64,000 nt of DNA, from positions 1 through 64,000 of IMG/VR virus record IMGVR_UViG_3300034418_008897. One strand, 5' to 3'. The DNA is from a virus. The translations under genes were made by a program, and so were the position numbers. The notes below the pieces were generated by a model, which saw nothing but the letters and a program-made list of their open reading frames with translations, was not told the origin of the DNA and made no database searches. Below are positions 50,151 through 57,628 of this stretch, in pieces (position 1 is the first letter of the stretch; every line of letters begins with the position of its first letter).

Positions 50151-52424
50151 TTAATCATACATATATTTAGGGTTTTTAGGGTCTGTCATATCTATCCACC
50201 TAACCCCACCATGTCTATTGAAAGATTGCGCATCATTTCTAATTTGGTTTTTAAAAGCTTTTTCTTCGCTGTTTTGGTTAGGAATAACACCGTATCTTTT
50301 TATTTTTTTACCATTAACATATTCAGAATAGTACCCAAATAATTGCAAACCTTCTGTTGCTTTTTCTGGTGGTTTAGCTTCTCTACCCATAAGATCTTCA
50401 TCAGACAGCTCACATAATCCCATAGCAATAACAAAATCGTATTTTGTTCTGTCTTCTCTATTGTAATCTTGTAATTGCTCTAATAATTCAGGAAACCAAA
50501 TAATATCGTAAAAATCATCTATATAAGCCTTTATTTTTTGGTCCATATGGTCAATTATGGGACCAGCAGCTGTAGTACCTATAAGATTAGTATGTTTGTT
50601 TGGATCGGCATTTTGTAAATTAATAGATGGCCTTTTCTTTAGTAAGTGATAGAAGCCTTGATCTCTAAACCAACTTACAATACCTATTTTAGTGTATTCT
50701 ATATTTACTTCAGCATTAAAATAATAAGCTAATTTTAAAGCATTGTCCCAATCATCTCTTACATTGTCGGATCTTTTGTTATATTTAGCCACATATATAT
50801 TAGAAGTAGTTCTAAAATAACCTTTAGACAAAATCCTTTTCTTTACTAATATTGCTAATTCTGATCCTTTTCTATTATCTTTTGCATAAGATGAATCTGC
50901 TAAACCTTGGTCAATACTATCACAACCAGCAACATATAAATTAGACATAGGTTCTTTTTCGTCGTCCGCCGCGTCTTCTGATAACCAGTGAGGGTGCTCT
51001 AAAATTTCTACATCCCCAACAGGGCTAGGGTTCCAGGTAACACCTATAATTTTACCGTTTTCAGCCCTTTGCCATTTTAAAAATCCTTTACCTGGTTTTG
51101 GGCAATCTGGGTTATGAGAAATATTTATACGTTGAGTGGCTATTTTATCTTGGTTGAATATATTAGTACCTCTTCTAGTAAATACTTCTTTAATATTCAT
51201 AGGGTATTCTTGCAGTAAACCAGAATAAGTTTCAGGTTCATTTTTAGCTGCTTCTCTTTCTTTATTTACTTGCTCTGTAGCAAGTTCTACATCAGGGCAA
51301 CCAGTTACTTCCCAAGTACCAGCTCTTTTAATATGAGTTGGGCAAAAGAAACCTGATTCTATTTCAAAGTCGTTAGTTTCTAAAATTTCATGGGCCCTAG
51401 GATTACAAAATATACCTTCAGCTTCGTCATTCTCTATAGTACCACCAGTACCAGAATAAAGCACTTGACATTTTTTAATACTACCCATTACATACCATGA
51501 ACCACGACTTTCTCTTTTACAAGCCCCTAAAGACCCTTTTTGGTGGGAAGGCGGGAAAGCTGCAAACTCTTCTATTAATTGCTTAGTTGGACGCTTACCC
51601 CTTGTTTTACCGGCGTTTTTACCGTAGATGATTTTTTCATATTTACTTAAATGACCTCTATCTTCTGTAGTACCGTCGGGTAATTCTACCCTTTCTCCTG
51701 CATATTTCATATCAGAAGAGTCTGTAATAAGTTTTAATTTTAAAGGTCTATGTAAAGCTTCTATAGCATTTAACCCGGATTCTATTTTATTCCAAGCCTC
51801 GTTTGTTGTTTCTTCATTGGTAGAAGATACCAAGATATGGCTTTCAACCATAAGTCTAAACTCACGGTCTAATATACAGTTGTACATGAAAGATTTACCT
51901 ACACCACGACCACCCATAATGGCCGCATCTTTATTGTTTAAATAAGCTTTCCAACAATAATCAAAGAAGTATCTATCTATATTACTGTATTGAGGGTGAG
52001 AGGTTGTAAAGTCTTCTGTTGGTTTTCCATCTATATAAATAGGAACAGGAAAAACAAAAATATTTAACCAGTAAACAAAAAATGGATTATAATATTCACC
52101 ATCAATAAATACTCCATCGTAGCAGTAATCTATTAAAGGCTTATACCATTCTTCCATATCTAAGCTGTCTGGGTGAAAACTAGGTATATTTCTCCAAGCT
52201 GTTAATTCTTTAGGCAAAGGCCTGTACACTAAATAATCAGTTAATTTTATTTCTTCATGGCCGGTAGGAACACCAGTTAATCTTTTAGGGGCATTAGTAA
52301 CTTCAAATTCGCCATTCCATATTCTACCGTGCTCATCCTTTCTAAGAAAATCTAAGTCAAAAGGGTCATACTCATTTTTTACTCCAAAAAGTTCTGGTAT
52401 TTTATCTACATTAACTGTTTTCAT
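50151..52424 (-). CDS. terL: Terminase large subunit
   Basis: Walker A GGRGVGKS, Walker B LIEEFA, GTGG, QEYP, nuclease YVAGCDSIDQG and YDFVIAMGL. Confidence 0.92.
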   Translation of the reverse strand: MKTVNVDKIPELFGVKNEYDPFDLDFLRKDEHGRIWNGEFEVTNAPKRLTGVPTGHEEIKLTDYLVYRPLPKELTAWRNIPSFHPDSLDMEEWYKPLIDYCYDGVFIDGEYYNPFFVYWLNIFVFPVPIYIDGKPTEDFTTSHPQYSNIDRYFFDYCWKAYLNNKDAAIMGGRGVGKSFMYNCILDREFRLMVESHILVSSTNEETTNEAWNKIESGLNAIEALHRPLKLKLITDSSDMKYAGERVELPDGTTEDRGHLSKYEKIIYGKNAGKTRGKRPTKQLIEEFAAFPPSHQKGSLGACKRESRGSWYVMGSIKKCQVLYSGTGGTIENDEAEGIFCNPRAHEILETNDFEIESGFFCPTHIKRAGTWEVTGCPDVELATEQVNKEREAAKNEPETYSGLLQEYPMNIKEVFTRRGTNIFNQDKIATQRINISHNPDCPKPGKGFLKWQRAENGKIIGVTWNPSPVGDVEILEHPHWLSEDAADDEKEPMSNLYVAGCDSIDQGLADSSYAKDNRKGSELAILVKKRILSKGYFRTTSNIYVAKYNKRSDNVRDDWDNALKLAYYFNAEVNIEYTKIGIVSWFRDQGFYHLLKKRPSINLQNADPNKHTNLIGTTAAGPIIDHMDQKIKAYIDDFYDIIWFPELLEQLQDYNREDRTKYDFVIAMGLCELSDEDLMGREAKPPEKATEGLQLFGYYSEYVNGKKIKRYGVIPNQNSEEKAFKNQIRNDAQSFNRHGGVRWIDMTDPKNPKYMYD

Positions 52425-53022
52425 TGTCTCGTCTTCTTACTAAACTACCTCTTTCTATGAGTGACGAACCTTTATTACCCCTAACTCTACCGGAATTTTC
52501 CATCTTTTTAGCAGCGTTCATAACACTGATTTTCAATGTCATTAGTTTACCTATATTTTCCGCTAATTTAGATAATATGGTTTCATTAGAAGCGAAACTA
52601 ACTACACCAGTAGATTCGTTAACATTCCTAATTATTTCTATTTCTTCTTCTTCTAGTTTAGTACGGGCTTCATCTATCTTTTTATCGATAGCCAATACAG
52701 CTCTTTCAGCAGAAGTTTCGTTGAAAAAGTTGTAAGCATCAATAGCCGCGTCTATTAATTTTTGTTCTTCAGCTGTAAATTTATCTTTTTTACCGGCAAA
52801 AGCCCTAACCATAGCTTGTTCAGGCTTCATACGATAATCTAGATCCCTCATAATATTGTCTTCTGACAAATCACAACAATAATAGACATAAATTAACATA
52901 CGGTTTCCTAAATCTTCTGATTTTTTCTTTTTCCCGTATGCTAATATATTGTTGAATTCTTCTATTAATACTATATTGGGATCTATACAAACTTTGCTGT
53001 TATGTACAGTAAACTTTAGCAT
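52411..53022 (-). CDS. Helical protein overlapping terL (candidate small terminase)
   Basis: Overlaps the terL start; helical, with a basic C-terminal GRVRGNKG; function inferred from position only. Confidence 0.45.
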   Translation of the reverse strand: MLKFTVHNSKVCIDPNIVLIEEFNNILAYGKKKKSEDLGNRMLIYVYYCCDLSEDNIMRDLDYRMKPEQAMVRAFAGKKDKFTAEEQKLIDAAIDAYNFFNETSAERAVLAIDKKIDEARTKLEEEEIEIIRNVNESTGVVSFASNETILSKLAENIGKLMTLKISVMNAAKKMENSGRVRGNKGSSLIERGSLVRRRDNENS

Positions 53023-53243
53023 AATTTTTCTAAATCTTTTGAGCTAAAAGTTCTCTCTTGATACAACCCATCTTTTGTAAACCAAAAACAAGTTATACCT
53101 AATAAAATAGGTTTTTTAATAGCAGTGTCCTCTTTTGTAGGGCGGATTTTGCTAATTTTTTGCACAACCATTGTAGGTTTATGCGGGAGATCTTGTTTTA
53201 ATTGCACTAAGTCTCCTGTGTGGAAGTAAACGTGTAAACTCAT
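53016..53243 (-). CDS. DUF2158/YodC-like small protein
   Basis: FHTGDLVQLK...PTMVV...CFWF..DG.YQE.TF...DL. Confidence 0.75.
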   Translation of the reverse strand: MSLHVYFHTGDLVQLKQDLPHKPTMVVQKISKIRPTKEDTAIKKPILLGITCFWFTKDGLYQERTFSSKDLEKLC

Positions 53244-53307
53244 ATTATCTTATTTTCTTTATTTATAAAGATATTATAAGACAAATATTTTAAATTTTCA
53301 AGTTAAT

Positions 53308-53490
53308 CTAAATTTTATATTTATCCCATTTACTATCTTCTTCCATCTGCGGTCTGTGTAATCTTGCAATAGTAGTCTCTTTATAAGTTTTGTGTAAAGG
53401 ATCTTTTTTAATTTTAGGTTCTACAATTTTTTTATTGTCATCGTAAACTTCAAATCCTTCGTCGCTGTCGTGTAGATCGTCTAAGTTCAT
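53308..53490 (-). CDS. 60 aa protein starting with the scaffold's LDDLH motif
   Basis: MNLDDLHDSDE; coupled to the upstream gene. Confidence 0.6.
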   Translation of the reverse strand: MNLDDLHDSDEGFEVYDDNKKIVEPKIKKDPLHKTYKETTIARLHRPQMEEDSKWDKYKI

Positions 53491-53491
53491 T

Positions 53492-55228
53492 TTAATTTTG
53501 TTTTTGATAGATAATTTTACCGTTTTTTATTTGTTTTATTATATTACCTTTCGAGTCAAAAAAATCTATTACTCTAGAATCTGCCCCTAAAGTATTATCT
53601 AAAACTTCTTGCTCTCTAGATACAGGGTTTGTTCTTCTTGAAATATAGGGCTCAAATCCTTCTTCTATAGTAGTCTTTATAAATCTATCTTTATAATTAG
53701 AGTTAGTTTCTATGCTTTTTTTCATTAAGTCTCTTGCTGATTTTTCCCTTAATCTAGTTGCTTCTTTTAATTGATTAAACTCATCTAAATTTCTAGGCAT
53801 ACCAAGGCGAACAGAGTTAAAACTTTGAGGTTTTTCAACAGAAAGAAGAGTTGGTTGTTTTGCTTTTTTAATTGGGTATTTTAAAGCCATTACAGCAACC
53901 GGGTCTATCATTACATCAGCGATGGTATTAGTAACAGGATTATTTATTCCTTTGCTTTGTAAATAAGAACTTGGAGTTAAATGTTTGTTATTTGTAAACG
54001 CAGACATCATCATGTTTTGAGGAATGCTAAACATATCTAATAAAGTAGTATTATTAGATAATTCTATTTTTTCTGTACCAGGTTTATTATTTCTTAAATT
54101 ATCTTCGTAAATTTTATTTTTAACATCTTCTTCTTGTGCAGGTATAGCATTTTTATTTAACTCTGCTGCACGTTTACCATCTGGATCTTTAATTGGAACA
54201 TATCCGTTTGTTTTTCCAGGAATATTAATCATCCAACCAAATGCACCTTTCTGGTACCTTACACCTGGTCTACTTGGGTAGGTGTAGGTAACTGGACTTG
54301 TGCCATTTTGGTATTTTTTAATGTATAAAATTCCGCCTTTGCGAGCCATCATTATTTTATTTTTATTATTTGTATTAGCAATAGTATTAAAAATTTCTAA
54401 TAAATCATTGTCATTAAATCTCTGCTCTAATTGTTCAAGTTGATTTCTCCCATTTATACCTTTCATTTTAGCTTTTATTTTTTCTAAAATTTCCGGGGTC
54501 ATTGTTTCTGTATAAGGATCGAAAATGTTATTATCTTTTGCAAATTGCAATATTGCATCTTTTCTAGCACTTATTTCTTCTAATCTACCTAAATAATTTA
54601 ATTCCTTCAAGTTATTAATAATATGTTGCTTGCCTTGGTCGGTTTTTAAAAAATCTTCATAAGGCATCGACATAAAGAAATTATTTTCTTGTTCATATTT
54701 TAATTTAGCGTTTTGTGCTAATTTTGTGTCTTTAAAAAGCTCATATGCTTTATAAGGATTATTGTAATCAAATATAATTGCTTTTGCTTCAGGCATTTTT
54801 TCTGGCGTTGCAATTTGCCACTTTTGGTAATCATATTTTGGGAATGTATGGCCAGTTTCATTACTATTAGACATATGTCTATATTCATGAGTTTTAACAT
54901 AAGGATTATAATCTGGCATATTTGTAAACAAAGTAACATTTCTTTTACCTTCATAATAATTAGGGCTAGGATTAGCTTCCCCTAATACATTTGATAAAAT
55001 AGGAGGTTCATTTGTTTCAAAATCATTTAAATTTTTTAACCTTTCAGTTATTATTTCATCTGCTTTCAGTTGTAATTCTTCTTTATTTAAATTTGGAAAA
55101 TCTTTACTTAAAGAATTCAGTAATAATTCTTTGTGTTTAGGTGAATTAAACCAACCTTCTAAATATTCTTTTGAGTCGCTTGGGCTAACTAAAGTATTAC
55201 CTTTTTGATATTTTTTTAATAATGCCAT
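53492..55228 (-). CDS. Tagged two-module protein: zincin-like HExxH metallopeptidase + second module
   Basis: Starts MALLKKYQKG; THEYRH and a later EEISAR; internal MARKGGILYIKKYQNG junction. Confidence 0.7.
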   Translation of the reverse strand: MALLKKYQKGNTLVSPSDSKEYLEGWFNSPKHKELLLNSLSKDFPNLNKEELQLKADEIITERLKNLNDFETNEPPILSNVLGEANPSPNYYEGKRNVTLFTNMPDYNPYVKTHEYRHMSNSNETGHTFPKYDYQKWQIATPEKMPEAKAIIFDYNNPYKAYELFKDTKLAQNAKLKYEQENNFFMSMPYEDFLKTDQGKQHIINNLKELNYLGRLEEISARKDAILQFAKDNNIFDPYTETMTPEILEKIKAKMKGINGRNQLEQLEQRFNDNDLLEIFNTIANTNNKNKIMMARKGGILYIKKYQNGTSPVTYTYPSRPGVRYQKGAFGWMINIPGKTNGYVPIKDPDGKRAAELNKNAIPAQEEDVKNKIYEDNLRNNKPGTEKIELSNNTTLLDMFSIPQNMMMSAFTNNKHLTPSSYLQSKGINNPVTNTIADVMIDPVAVMALKYPIKKAKQPTLLSVEKPQSFNSVRLGMPRNLDEFNQLKEATRLREKSARDLMKKSIETNSNYKDRFIKTTIEEGFEPYISRRTNPVSREQEVLDNTLGADSRVIDFFDSKGNIIKQIKNGKIIYQKQN

Positions 55229-55252
55229 ATTATTATATATATTATAAATATT

Positions 55253-55438
55253 TTATTTTTTCAAGTTATGTATAGAATCTATTATATAATTTAAACAAGT
55301 ATCATTATATTTAACGTAATATTTAGCAAATTTTGTTAAGTTATTTATATTTTCCGGGCTAGCATCTGCCATATCCCCTTTTAAAACTTCAGGTAAATCA
55401 AAATTCATATTACTTATTTCCTTTGTTATAATTTTCAA
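55253..55438 (-). CDS. Hypothetical small protein
   Basis: Fills the gap between two payload genes; start uncertain. Confidence 0.4.
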   Translation of the reverse strand: MKIITKEISNMNFDLPEVLKGDMADASPENINNLTKFAKYYVKYNDTCLNYIIDSIHNLKK

Positions 55439-57626
55439 GGTCTTTTTTTACTCTGTCCATATGTCTTTTTGCCATATAGCCTAGAGGAATACTTGTTGCG
55501 CCAAGCAAACCAGCAGCCCCCTTTATAAACTTATTATTTGAAGCTTTATCCCAGTCTCTAAGCACATCCATTTGCTTTGTATTAGCTGCATTTTTAGTAC
55601 CCAACATAGTTAATTTAGCTGTTGTTTTTTGATTATCTCCTAAAGTACCTGGAGAAAATTCTTCAATAGTTTCAATAAGCTTATTGCCTTTATGATCAAA
55701 AAATTCACCTGAATCGTTGTAATATATTCTATTTTTCAAATCAAAAGGTTTACCACCTGTTAAAGAAGAAACTTCAAAATCTCTGACTTTATTAGGTAAG
55801 AATTTCATCTTTTTTAATGGTTGTAAATCCCATGTATCTGTAAAATCAATAAATTTTCTACCTTGCTCATCTACACCTTTTGTAATCCAACCATTACCAT
55901 GCACACCACCAAAATTTAATTCTTTTTCAATTTCCATAGTACCAAATGATTTTTTAGGATTATCTATTATTTTTTGCAGTTTATTCTTCTCTAATTTAAA
56001 ATCATTCAGCGCTAATGTATTATCTGCGTTTTTAGAGAAAGTATTAAACTCAGGTTCTAATCCGTTGTATAATCTCCAAGAATCAAATCTATTTTTAGTA
56101 GCGTAAGTTTTTGGCTTAAACTTCAAAGCTTTAGGTGTTATTACTTCTAATGGGGCTCCAGCTACTGTAAATAAATCATAACCTATAGGAGTTATAGATC
56201 TATTAACAATTTTACCTAACAAATTATTTTTAGCTTGCTTTGTATAGGTTTTCATTATTTCTTTTTGTCTCTCAGGACTAAATCTAAAACCAAAACCTTC
56301 ATATTTATTTGTAAATTGATTCCATTTAGCATCATTATATTTTCTTTTTAAACCTTTTAAAAAATCACCTTTGGGGGCAACAATATCTTCTCCAAGATTA
56401 ATTAAATCTTGTGGAGCTACATGAGAAGCTACTCCATGAATAAAATCTACCTTATTTACATTTATATTTTTAAGTTCTGGATTTAATTTTACTAAAGATT
56501 CATATACAACATTTAATTCAACTGGCTCTACAAGTCCTGCTTGAGATCTTCTAGCAAATTCATTTAATCTATTAACATCAACTCCTTCTGGTAAAACATA
56601 GTCATGCCCAAATTGAGGATTTACAAGTTTTGATTTTTTAATAGAAGGTTCAAATTTTTTAGTAACAAAATTATAATAGGAATCAGAATTCTTTTTAATA
56701 GCATCCACTGCTCTATAATGTACAGGATCTATACCTACTTGAGTCTTAGCAGATTGTAAATTATATTTTGGAAATTTATATTCAAAATTAGGTGAGCCTG
56801 GTAGTTGTTTAGTAAAATTATTAGCTAATAAACCCCTAGCATCATCTGCATATTTACCTAATACTTTACCGCCTAATCTTACCACATCAGGAGCCTTGTA
56901 TAATAATCCTGCAGGAGCTGTAACTATACCCGGCAAAGAAGCTGCATTTAAAGTATTTGGTGTGTATCTACCTGATAAAGCATCTCCTAATGTAGTAGGT
57001 TGATCGGCATTAGTAGCATATTTCATAACAAATGAACCTGGTATATCTGCAAAAGAAAGAGCATCAGCAGCATTTCCTAATTTTTGCATTACACCTTTAG
57101 GGTAGTAATATTTCGCTTCTTCAGCTGGAGTTAATCCTTTTATATCAGGTGTAAAAGTCGGTCCTTGCTTTCCTGTTAAATTTAAGAAGCTGTTAGCTGC
57201 GGATACTGCTCCACCTTTGGTTCTTGCCCACAATGAAGGCTCTATATATTTAGCATATTTAGAGTTAGGCATTGCTTTAGAAAGAATCTTAGCGTTAACT
57301 AAGTTATTCATTATAGACTCTCTATCTGTAAGATCTATATTATTTTCTTTAGCATACTGCTCTATAACATAATTATTTCTATCATAATCATATCGATTGT
57401 GTATCCTTTGTTCAGCTTGCTCAGGAAAATTTCTTTCGTTTACATTAAATAAATTTTGTAGTCCTTTATTACCTTTGTTTAAGTAATTATCTTTTTCATT
57501 TATAAGGTAATCACGATAAGGATTTTTAGAATTATAATCATTATAATACCTAGTTAAAGGAGTTATAGATGTTTCCTTTAACGTCTTTCCTTTTTGGTAT
57601 TTTCCTATTTTATTATATAACATCAT
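55410..57626 (-). CDS. Tagged multidomain protein (738 aa), unknown C-terminal domain
   Basis: Starts MMLYNKIGKYQKG; central Ala/Gly hydrophobic stretch; globular C-terminal domain (DTWDLQP, GGKPF); hydrophobic tail. Confidence 0.7.
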   Translation of the reverse strand: MMLYNKIGKYQKGKTLKETSITPLTRYYNDYNSKNPYRDYLINEKDNYLNKGNKGLQNLFNVNERNFPEQAEQRIHNRYDYDRNNYVIEQYAKENNIDLTDRESIMNNLVNAKILSKAMPNSKYAKYIEPSLWARTKGGAVSAANSFLNLTGKQGPTFTPDIKGLTPAEEAKYYYPKGVMQKLGNAADALSFADIPGSFVMKYATNADQPTTLGDALSGRYTPNTLNAASLPGIVTAPAGLLYKAPDVVRLGGKVLGKYADDARGLLANNFTKQLPGSPNFEYKFPKYNLQSAKTQVGIDPVHYRAVDAIKKNSDSYYNFVTKKFEPSIKKSKLVNPQFGHDYVLPEGVDVNRLNEFARRSQAGLVEPVELNVVYESLVKLNPELKNINVNKVDFIHGVASHVAPQDLINLGEDIVAPKGDFLKGLKRKYNDAKWNQFTNKYEGFGFRFSPERQKEIMKTYTKQAKNNLLGKIVNRSITPIGYDLFTVAGAPLEVITPKALKFKPKTYATKNRFDSWRLYNGLEPEFNTFSKNADNTLALNDFKLEKNKLQKIIDNPKKSFGTMEIEKELNFGGVHGNGWITKGVDEQGRKFIDFTDTWDLQPLKKMKFLPNKVRDFEVSSLTGGKPFDLKNRIYYNDSGEFFDHKGNKLIETIEEFSPGTLGDNQKTTAKLTMLGTKNAANTKQMDVLRDWDKASNNKFIKGAAGLLGATSIPLGYMAKRHMDRVKKDLENYNKGNK

Positions 57627-57628
57627 TT

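Noticed and set aside
41757-52424. Introns or inteins in terL, portal or MCP
   Set aside because: Each is one uninterrupted ORF of ordinary size with no intein or homing-endonuclease motifs seen.
32347-54954. Short minus-strand ORFs nested in other frames (32347..32532, 42545..42736, 54718..54954)
   Set aside because: Fully inside the muzzle, MCP and peptidase genes, with no supporting features.
55253-55438. Small ORF as an immunity protein for a polymorphic toxin
   Set aside because: Position is the only support; most other payload genes lack such a partner.
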